A stretch of 64,000 nt of DNA from an uncultured Lachnospiraceae bacterium. Lineage in GTDB: Bacteria; Bacillota; Clostridia; Lachnospirales; Lachnospiraceae. Under the pieces are notes generated by a model, which was not told the DNA's origin, searched no databases, and saw nothing but the letters and a program-made list of their open reading frames with translations. The translations under genes and the position numbers were made by a program. Positions 1-10,500 of the stretch are shown in pieces. How positions within the stretch are numbered: position 1 is the stretch's first letter; every line of letters begins with the position of its first letter. The stretch spans positions 2,534 through 66,533 of the forward strand of contig CAMEIX010000016.1 in NCBI GenBank assembly GCA_945919075.1, in the 5' to 3' direction.

Positions 1-833
1 TGAATCTTTTGGAGGATGTGCCGCCGGCGGCTGCGCAGCGGGACGGGGATATTTTTCTTGTGGATGACGGCAGTGCATGGCAGTTTTTTGTGGAGAAGGT
101 AACCACCCGTGCAGGCGGCATCTACACACAGATTCTGGCGGCAGATGTTACCGAATTGTATCGCCGGAAACAGGAACTTAAGGAGGATAACAGGAGGCTT
201 AACGAATATGCAGAACGTATGCGCCGTCTCTCCGCCAATATCATTACCCTGATTCGCGAGGAAGAGATTCTCAACATGAAAATGCGGATTCATGATGATA
301 TCGGGAGGAGCGTAATTGCCACAAGACAGTTCCTTATACAGAACCGTCCCATGGAAGAACTGGACCTGACCACGTGGAAAATGGCGGTCCGACTGTTGAA
401 ACAGGACAATGTGGACAGGGAAGAAGAGGATGTCCTTGCAAGGCTTGAGACTGCAGCGGCGGGGCTTAATATCAAAATTGTGATGAACGGAAAACCGCCG
501 GAAGATTCCATGGCGGCAGGACTTTTATACACGGCTGTCCGGGAATGCATGTCCAATGCAGTCCGACATGCACAGGCCGGTAAGCTGTATGTGGAATTTA
601 GCAGTGATGAGCATACGGCATCCGCAGTGATTACCAATGACGGCAGGGCACCGGAAGGAGAAATCACGGAGGGCGGCGGGCTGTCCTCACTGCGTGTGCG
701 TATGGAAAGAGCAGGCGGGAGCATGAAAGTGCAAAGCACACCGTATTTTGTACTAATGGTAACGGTTCCGGCAGAAGGGAGGAAACAGGATGATCCATGT
801 ACTCATAGTGGAAGACCAGCGTATGATGCGTGA
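1..833 (+). CDS. Sensor histidine kinase, C-terminal part (5' end lies left of the window)
   Basis: The reading frame is open to the left edge. It has an H-box HDDIGRS (HisKA_3/NarX-DegS style), an N-box-like RECMSNAVRHA and a G-region TNDGRAP..GGGLSSL. It overlaps the downstream response regulator start by 44 nt. Confidence 0.85.
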   Translation, partial: NLLEDVPPAAAQRDGDIFLVDDGSAWQFFVEKVTTRAGGIYTQILAADVTELYRRKQELKEDNRRLNEYAERMRRLSANIITLIREEEILNMKMRIHDDIGRSVIATRQFLIQNRPMEELDLTTWKMAVRLLKQDNVDREEEDVLARLETAAAGLNIKIVMNGKPPEDSMAAGLLYTAVRECMSNAVRHAQAGKLYVEFSSDEHTASAVITNDGRAPEGEITEGGGLSSLRVRMERAGGSMKVQSTPYFVLMVTVPAEGRKQDDPCTHSGRPAYDA

Positions 834-1413
834 AGTGATGGAAAACTATATCAGGCAGAGCGAAGGCTATGAACTTGTGGGTTCCATTGCGGCGGCGGGA
901 CTGGCAGAAAAAAGCTGTGCGGCAAAACAGGTAGATCTGGTATTGATGGATGTTTGTACGGAAAATGACGAGAGCGGATTTGAGGCTACCCGGGTTCTGA
1001 AAACGCGGTTTCCCGGGATAAAAGTAATTATTGTCACCTCCATGCTGGATGCCGGTTACTTAAACCGTGCCAGACAAGTGGGTGCGGACAGTATCTGGTT
1101 TAAGGATGCAAGCCGGGAAGAACTGATGACGGTGGTAAACCGTACCGTAAAGGGAGAATCGGTTTATCCGGATAAAATGCCGCAGGTCATGATTGGAAAT
1201 GCTTCCAGTTATGAATTTACGGAAGCGGAGATTAAAGTGCTCAGAGTACTGGTGGAAGGGATGACCTACAAGGAAATGGCAGAGGCCTTGCATGTGTCTG
1301 TGGAGACCGTGAAATCCCAGGTCGGCAGTATGCTGCAGAAAACCGGTTTTACCTCCAAGACGAAATTAGCCGCCATGGTCATGAGCAAACGTCTTATTGT
1401 GAATGGTTTTTAA
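790..1413 (+). CDS. NarL/LuxR-family response regulator (REC + LuxR-type HTH)
   Basis: REC motifs are VLIVEDQ, DLVLMDV (acceptor Asp) and VIIVTS. The C-terminal HTH is TEAEIKVLRVLVEGMTYKEMAEALHVSVETVKSQV. Confidence 0.9.
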   Translation: MIHVLIVEDQRMMREVMENYIRQSEGYELVGSIAAAGLAEKSCAAKQVDLVLMDVCTENDESGFEATRVLKTRFPGIKVIIVTSMLDAGYLNRARQVGADSIWFKDASREELMTVVNRTVKGESVYPDKMPQVMIGNASSYEFTEAEIKVLRVLVEGMTYKEMAEALHVSVETVKSQVGSMLQKTGFTSKTKLAAMVMSKRLIVNGF

Positions 1414-1433
1414 CAGTTTGCGGTCATGTATAC

Positions 1434-1473
1434 ATTCCATATCCCCCAAATGGGGGATGTGGAATTTTTTTTA
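1434..1473 (+). terminator. Rho-independent terminator after the response regulator
   Basis: ATTCCATATCCCCC-AAAT-GGGGGATGTGGAAT hairpin followed by T8. Confidence 0.8.
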
Positions 1474-1550
1474 AAAAGTATACAATGAAAATAATGGGGC
1501 GAAGTATGCCCTGACAGCAAGGAACGCAAACATACAAGGAGGAAAAGAGA

Positions 1551-4500
1551 ATGCAAAGGAGAGCAAGAAAACGTAGAATAGGTAAAAGAGCGATCAGCTT
1601 TTTACTGGTATTTCTGCTTCTGTTTGGGGAACTTCCCTTAAGCGCATACGCCGGGGAACCGGATAATGCCAAAGAAGGAACCTACACATCCGTGGACATT
1701 GTGCCCGAAAATGAGGACATAGCGAATCCTGTGGATGTTGTGTCTGAAAATGAGGACATAACGAATCCGGCGGATGACGTGTCGGGAAATGAGGGCATAA
1801 CGAATCCCGGAGATGACGTGTCGGGAAATGAGGACACACCAAAGCCCGCGGACGATGTGCCCGGAAACACAGACGGAACAGAACCGGCAGAGGAGGATGT
1901 GTCAGGCAATGCCACAGTGATAGAGAATATCGGCATTGAGAGCATAAGCACCACCGGTATTGATCTGACGGATGCTGCGGCAGATATGTCCGGCGAGGGC
2001 TGGAGCTGGGATCAGGAGACCCTGACCCTGACCCTGACGGACCTTACCATAGAGCCAGCCGATGGCGGGGTAGCCGTGGCGCTACCCGCAGGATCCACCC
2101 TTTGGTCAAAAGGTACGGAAAATGTGCTAAAGACCAGCGGTTATTGTGCATTGGGCGCAAACGGAGCTCTTACCATAAAGGGCAGCGCCCCCCTGACCAT
2201 AGAGTCTACAGCTGAGGACGAAATAGGTATGTGGGTAGCGGGCAGACTGACCGTGGACGGGGCAGCCGTAAAGCTTCATGGAGGGTATGCAGCTTTTATT
2301 ATTGCCGGAGATGCCGCAAAGAATGTGCTGTTCCTGGAAGGGGGATCGCAGATTAAGACCGATCCCTGCGTCATAGAAGAGTATATAGAAGGATACGCGC
2401 GTATTCTGCCCAAAGGCAGCACCGGAGGCGCAAATCTTACCGATGTGGAGATTGTGGTATCCGCAGATCCGTATCTGTCCTTTTCCACCCTGCCGGAGCA
2501 TCTTTCTTCCGGCAAGGCGCTCGATGACGCCCTGTCCGTGACGCTTACCACCCAGGCAGAGCTTTATAATGCCTCAGGTATGGTCACTTACCAGTGGTAT
2601 CGTTGCGATGACAGTACGGGGAAGAATCCCACAGCCATCAGCGGAGAAACCGGGCAAAGCTACTGCTTTTCCGGCAGCCATGAAACCGGACCTTATTATT
2701 TCTTCTGCAGGGCGAAAAGCGGAAGCACTGTGCGGGATACGCCGGTCAGTGTGGTGGTGCTGACGCCCACAGATAAGAAGCTTCGGACCACACAACTTAG
2801 AATCAATTCCGAAACCGCAAGCCAGGATAACCTTGCCACAGAGGGCTGGAAATGGGATCAGGAGGCCCTGACCCTGACCCTGGACGGCTTCTGCAGTTAT
2901 GTAGACGAGAATTGGGAAGACAGCATTTACCTCTCACTCTCCGGAAAGGAAGTGACGATTCTGCTTGCAGAGGACAGTGAGAACATCCTCTATAACAACA
3001 GGCAGGGTAATACCATTTATTCCAATAGCCTCCTTACCATTACTGGGAAGGGACGTCTGTCTGTGGAGGCGGAAGCAGATTATTACTCAGGATTTAGAAT
3101 AGACAGTGCAACCCTGTCCGTGACAGGCGGTGCCAAGGTGTACATAAGGAACGCTTTTAGCTATGCATTGACAGGAAATACGATCTCCGTTACCGGAGAG
3201 GGCAGCGAACTGCGTGCCGTATTCGACGGTACGAGAGAGAATTACAGTGCAGTGCAGATCCTGGGTCTGTCTGATAATACCATGATTGCCTCCCCGGCAG
3301 GGGGCACTCTTGTACCCAATTACCATACGTCAGGCAAATACAGTGTGCAGGATGCTGAAGGAAATCTGGCAATGGATGTGACCTTTACGGAAACCACCGG
3401 TCCCTATTATGAATGGTCCGTAAAACCTGAGGCAGCCTACAATGTAAAATCCTTAGAGGATTCCATGTCGCTTACCCTGAAAGCGACGGCAGCAGGCGCA
3501 AACGGCGCTCCACAACCCTCCTATCAGTGGTACCGCTGCGCGGATGCGGCCAAGAACGATAAGGAAGCAATCGACGGGGCAGTGTCAGACACCTATATCT
3601 TCTCCGGCAACGTAGAGACGGGAACCTATTATTTCTACTGTCAGGCATACGGGGAAGGAGCCGGTGCCATCGAGACCGATGTTATAAAGGTGAATGCAAC
3701 TCCAACAGGAACCCCAATTTATAATACCGGACTGTCTTTAGGGACATCGGACATTGACCTTTCAGAATACGGCATTGTTTATCACTATGATGCAGAGCAA
3801 AAGACCGGTACCTTAAAGCTACACAACGCCACCATTCAGCAGACCGGTAGCCGGGGAGCGCTTTATCTGGCAGCGGAACACAGCAATTTTGTCATAGAGC
3901 TGACGGGTGAAAACAGCATCAGTGCTACAAATAACATTGCTATCTGGGCTTACCGCGGAGCAGACAATACCGTTACCTTTACCGGAGGCGGCAGTCTATC
4001 CCTGTCCGGTACCAGGGTGGTAAGCTTGGGAGAATATCATGTGATCATAAAGGGCGGCACGTCCGTGACCGGCGTCAATACCAGCGGAAGCGCCAGGTCC
4101 TATTTTAAGAGCCTGAAGCTTTGGGATGAAGGCAGCTGCTTTACCTTAAAGGGTTCTGCTTCACCTTTGGAGTTTTACGGTTATGAAACCGGCGATTTCG
4201 TTGTGAATGTACCGGAAGCAGGAATAGTGAAACCCTACAGCACGGGCGTATACCGTATTTATCAGTCGGATGGTTCTACCCTTGCTACGGAAATGAAGCT
4301 GGTACCGGCTCAGACGAAGTTCTTAGAATTTGAGACCTATCCTGCCGGAGTGAAAACCTCCACTGTGGGCAGCACGGTGACTCTTCAGGCAAAGGCAGTG
4401 CTTAAGAATGCAGATACGCAGCCGGAAATCACTTACAGATGGTATGATGAAAATAATCAACTTCTGGAAACTAATACAACCGGTACCCTGACTCTCGCCG

Positions 4501-7500
4501 ATACAACGAAGAACAGTATTAAGAGTTATTACTGTAAAGTAAGTTGTACAAAGGATGAAACAAACTACGAAAAGACCGGCAACAAGGCCTTGGTTGCTAT
4601 TCTTCCGGAAGGCAGGAGTCTCCGCACCCTGGATATGAATCTGGGTACGACAAGCGGTTCCAACGCAGCAGAGGGCTATAGCTGGGATGGGACGACAAAA
4701 ACCCTTACATTAGATAATTTCATGAGTTTGGGAAAGGTTAGTCTGCCTGCAGACAGTACCATTGTGTTGAAAGCAGGTACAAATAATTATATTTACAGTA
4801 CACGTTATGGCAACGTGGTTTCTGCAAACTCTAATAGTACGATCACCGGAGAGGGCTCCCTATATATCCATGCTCTGGATGCAACCTGTATCTCCGGCAG
4901 CTCGATTTTGTCCATACTGAATACCAATCTGCATCTGTTAGCAGATGCAAGGTACGGAACATCCAGCACAAGTTCGATGACCTATGTTAATTTCGAACAG
5001 GTAAAGATTGTGAAATCTGCCGTTACCATGAAGAGACAGGGCAATACTGCCACATCCTACTCCATGATGAGCAATGCGGTGCTTCTGGGTGAAGAAGTAA
5101 GTAAAGGAAGCATCAACAGCTCCAACACCATTTACGGCGTCTACAATGAGACAACCGGTTATACGGAGGCGGTGCTTTCGGCTACAGAAGAAGATGTATT
5201 TTACTTTGTAAAGGAGCCGGCGTTCATCTATACCACCTCTGTGGGAAGTGACGATATTACCTTATATGCAGAGGCAGCCGGTACGTCAAATCCCATCTCC
5301 TATACCTGGTATAATGCAGCAGGGGAAATTGTGGCAACCGGAAACAGTCTGACTATCAGTCCCACGGTACAGGGGTATGATGCCTACTACTGCAAGGCAG
5401 TAAGCGATGAACTGACGGCAGTGAGCAATACCGCCAAAGTGATTACGGCTGCCAACGGAAAGAAGGCTCTTACCTACGACATTTATTTTTATGATACTAC
5501 GGCAAGTGTGGATAACCTTGCAACCTATGGTTATAAATGGGATAAGGACTCCAAGACCTTAACCCTTGACAATTTTACCACATATGGAGCGATCAGCATT
5601 TATCCGGAAGCCACTGTCTGTCTTGCGGAGGGCAGTAGCAACATGCTTATATCTTTAACAGGAAAGAGTGTAAAGCTGCGTTATAATAATGATCTGACCA
5701 TCACCGGTAAAGGCGTGCTTCATATTACCGGCGCTGTCTTTAATAGCACAGCAGTTAATACGCTGACCCTTTCGGATGGCGCAGAAGTATCTGTTAAGAC
5801 ATCCGGAACGGAAACAGCCCTTGCGACAGGACGTCTGAAGATACAGGATGAAAATACCAAAGTCCGTCTGAAGACAGAAAGCGGCAAGGTTTTGAAACTG
5901 TATTACGCTATGGATGAAGGGGACTTTGGCGTGCTTGTTCCCACAGGCGGAAAGATTACAGGCAGTGGTACAAATTACGTTTTGGTGGACGCAGAGGATC
6001 ATTCCGTTACGGAAGCAGTCCTGACGGAGAACCTGACAACCAGATTAGTGTTTACGGACTATCCGGAAAGGCTGATTATCGCTAGTGTAGGCACAGAAAG
6101 TCCCACCTTAACGGCAGCGGCAAAGCTGCTCTATGGGGAAGACGGAGCAGAACTGACCTATACCTGGTATCGCAGCGCAGATCACGAGATCATGGAACAA
6201 AACCATGACGGAACCTTTAGGGTACCTCTTTTAGTAGGTGCCACGGAGTATTACTGTGTGGTAAGTACCAAAAGCGGTGGTGATGATTACGAAAAGACGG
6301 GAGAAACCATCACCGTGGCAGTGGGACCGGCAGGACGTAGTGTGCGGACCACGGATTTAGACTGCCGGGCCTTTACGGCAGACCGCCAGGATACGGCGGA
6401 AGGCTGGACCTGGGAGCAGGCGACAAAGACGCTTACCCTGGATAACTTTATCTGCACAGGCAGAGTGTTACTGCCAAGCGGCGCAACCCTCCGCTTAAAG
6501 GACGGTACCTTAAACTATATTAACCCTGCCTCCACCGCAGATTCCGCTCTCTACGCCGGAAGTCTGACCATTACCGGCGGCGGAAGGCTGGAAATCGAAG
6601 CCGGGAATGTGACAGCATATGCAGTTAGGATAATAGGCAGCCTGACCATTTTAGAAACCTCCCTGACCATTACTTCAAATGTGGAAGGAACATCTGCAGT
6701 TTATTCACAGGGGGCACCGATCTTTAAGGCTTCCAACCTGACCCTTCGTCTGAAAGGGTATCGAGCCGGTTACCTGATGTGGATGAAACTAAGCGGTGCT
6801 ACCCAGACCGTGGGTACCAATACCGGCTCCGGGGAGGAAAGGTACATTTACGGCACCTACAATGCAGCAGGCGACTACATGGAGGCAGTGCTTGTTGCGG
6901 ATGATACATACTTTATTAATGAACCTGAAAAGATCATTACAACGCATGAAGGCGATAAGGTGACGCTGACGGCGGAGGCGAAGACCGCTCTTTCCGGTAA
7001 GATTACCTATCAGTGGTATGCAACGGACAACTGGCAGACACCACAAAGTGGCGCAGTCTTAGTGGGAAGCGGTGCAACACTTACCCTGACGGCAGCGGAA
7101 CGCGGCGGTAAATATTATTACTGCACCGCAACAGTAGGAGATAAATCGATACTTTCCAATTTAGCCTGCGTGATCACGGCAGCGAAAGGAAAAGAGCCGG
7201 TCATGAAAACCTTACGGTTTTCCGATATGACAGAAAGTGTGGATAAACTGGACTCCCAGGGCTGGAAATGGGATTTTGATACACAGACCCTGACAATCTC
7301 CGATATGGAACAATTCCTCCCCTTTGTTACTCATGATTATTCCTATACAGGAATTTTCCTTTCCCAGGGAAGTACCGTGGAGGTGGCAGAGGGAACGGAA
7401 AATAACTTGTACGGAAACTATTATGGCATCTATGTAGGAAAGAAAGAGAGTGCACCTGCCACCCTGACCATTAAAGGTGCGGGCAAACTGGAAAGCAGTA

Positions 7501-10500
7501 TATTCGTCCATAGCGCAGCAGCAGGTACAGAAATCCTTTGTAAGGATGGTATTAGTCTTGATATACGCAGATTTTACGGAAATACTTCTCCCCTTACCTT
7601 ACAGAATGCGAAGGTAAAGAGCACAAGTACGATAGACTTTAATTTGCAAAGCGTGAAGGCAGAGGCGGGCAGCGTTCTCGACGTACATAATTCTCTTTCC
7701 GTGAAAGAGTCTGTAACCATAGCAGAGGGAGCTTATATAGTATGCAAGGGTTCCTTATTTGCCGGTGATGTGACGGTGGAAAAGGGCGGTTTCCTTTCCG
7801 TATTTGGTCCGGTGTATTTAGACAGTACCGACAAATCCCATACCCTGACCGTAAAAGGTATGTTGCAGATTTTTGCAGCCGGGAACGTTTGTCCTCTCCG
7901 GATCTATAACGAAGAGACCTCCAACCCCGTGACACTGGGAGAAGATGTTAAGATACTGACGCCGGAAGGCGCCCTGCTTAAGGAAAACAGCAGCGATGAG
8001 TATATTTACAGGGTGGATTCTAATCCGGTTTACGGAACGCTTATCATCGGTGATGCCGCTTTTGAACCCACCACGATTACTTCTGTGGGTGCCATCACGG
8101 GAAAAGCGGAATATAACCAGGTGCTGCAGGCAGGAGCGGTGACCCCTGAGGATGCCACGGTTGTTTACACCTGGCAGTATGCAGACAGTCCTTCCGGTAC
8201 CTTTAAAGATACAGGCTTTAATGGTACGACCTACCGGGTAGAAACAAAGTATGCGGGTAAATACCTGCGGGTAAAGGTGACCGGCTACGGGCTGTATGCC
8301 GGCGAGGTATACAGCAGTGCAGTAGGGCCTGTTGTGGGCAATCCTGCCACCCTTACCGGAATCTATGTGATTTCGGAGAGTGGAGAAGAAAAGAGCATCG
8401 GCAGTACTCCCTTTGACGGGGAATCCTTTAACTATAGCAGCCCTTATACGGCAGGAGCCGCAGAAGAAAGCGTGACCTACAGTGTCATTCCTGCCAATGA
8501 AAAGGCGAAGATAACCATTGAAAATGCCACAAACGGATTTAGGGCAGAGGGCTTAAGTGCCGCTGTGCCTCTGGATATGGGCAGCAACACCATCCGTATT
8601 ACGGTAAGCTTCGATACGGCACAGACCGTTTATACCGTGACTCAGAAGCGCGAGGAGAGAACCCGGTATCTGGATCTGCGTTATATGGGTTCCTACAATG
8701 CTTCCGTTACCGCAAGCTGGGTGGATAAAGAAGGTAACCCTCAGACCGTTACGGTAAATAAGGAAAACAGACAGGAACTGAATTACCTGCCGGAGAATAC
8801 TAAGGTGACCCTCACCGTTGTTTCCCCGGAAGGAATGCGGCTCTTCCGCTATGGTTCTGATTCTTATCCGGCGGACTTTACAAGAGAAGACAGCCGGGCA
8901 GTCATAGTCCTGAAAGAGAATACCGGGATGGAGGTAAGGGATTCGGATTTCGAATATTTTGCACCGGAAGCAGAGGCTGACTGGTACGCACTTGACAAAA
9001 ACTGCATTCAGATAAAGGTAGAATCCAGACTGAAAACAGATAATATCGCCCCTGACCTTCGTGTGTATTATAAACCCAATGTAGTTCTTTGCCCGGAAAA
9101 CGGCACGGATACAGTGTTAACCGGACTTGAATTTACCGGCACGGATATCGATGGGGACGGCTACTTTGATTACCATACGGCGTTTATTACGGAAGTGGAT
9201 GAAACGCTTAGCTACACCGTAAAAGCAACTTATTATCCGGAATTAAGGAATTCTTATTCTTCACCGGAGGAAGTTTACACAACTACCTGCGAGGTGGAAA
9301 AACGAAAAAGCGTAAGCCTCGTTGCAGACAGAGACTATGTGGTCTTAAAGCCCGGTGAAAGCACCACCGTAAATCTATCCTGCAATGCTTATATGGGCGC
9401 CGAGATAGAATTGGTATCCTCCACGGATACGGAAGTGGCAGCCACGGCAGACTGTCTCCTGACAAAGGATCCGGACGGCATTACCATAAAAGCAGGCTCT
9501 AAGGAGGGCACCGCCTATCTGGCTTTAAGAGTAGCAGATGGGGTGGGTGCAAAACCGGGAACCATCCGGTATGCGACAGCTTATATCCGTGTGGATGTAA
9601 GCAGTGCAGAAAACACGGAAAAGGTTTCCTTAGGCACCACTACGGGAACGTTAAATGTGTATGATGACTCCGCAATCGCGGTACCCGTTTACCAGATGAA
9701 CTGCGGATATCCCATTACCGGTGCTGAGTTTACCGACCCGGCAGTCAATGAGAAGTTCAAGATTCAGGTTGTTAATGACCGGATGATCCGCGTCACACCC
9801 GTTGTGCCGGAGGATAGCGATACTTTGGACTGGGCAGCCTATGCCAAGTCGCTGAAGGGCACCTGGCAGTCCAAGATTCAGATTAATTATAACGGCACCG
9901 CAAGCAGGGTCAGCACAGAGTCGCTTACCATCAAGGCGGATGCCAAGGCACCTTCCGTTAAGGCAGGAGCCGTGAAATTCAACAGCTTTTACCAGGGAGA
10001 CGAAGAAGCACTCGTCTTTACCATGAAGGACGTTTCCATTGCCACGGTGAAGGTGGATATGGTGAAGAACACCGCCAAGGAACCTGCGTGTCCTGCATGG
10101 ATGAGCTTAAGCGCAGACGGGAAGAGCGTTGTACTGCATAACAATGCACTGACAAATGACAAAGCATCCGGCAAACTGAAACTGAAAGTATGGCCGGAGG
10201 GCTACCGGATGCCGGCACAGATCACCGTGTCCGTATCCGCTGCAAGGACGGTGCCGAAGTTAAAGCTTTCTGCATCCTCCGTAAAGGTGGCAAATCAGAA
10301 CGATAAACTTGACACTGTGAAGCTGACCCTGTTATCCGCAGATAAGAAGGTCAGTCTGGAAAGCCTGAATATCACCAAGATCAGTGTGGCAGGAGCAGGT
10401 TATCTGTCCACCTTAAGTGCCAAGGACCAGAAGACCTACAGCGCTTCTATGTATTATCAGGTAAACAGCTTTAACAGCAGTACGGGAGAATTCTGGCTGG

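Noticed and set aside
2022-2040. (CCCTGA)3 hexamer repeat (also at 2866-2883), and A7-A8 runs near gene starts (21324, 23847), as possible phase-variation tracts.
   Set aside because: The hexamer repeats are in frame (they encode TLTLTL) and short. The A-runs encode Lys-Lys-Lys in signal or N-terminal regions. Nothing suggests slipped-strand switching.
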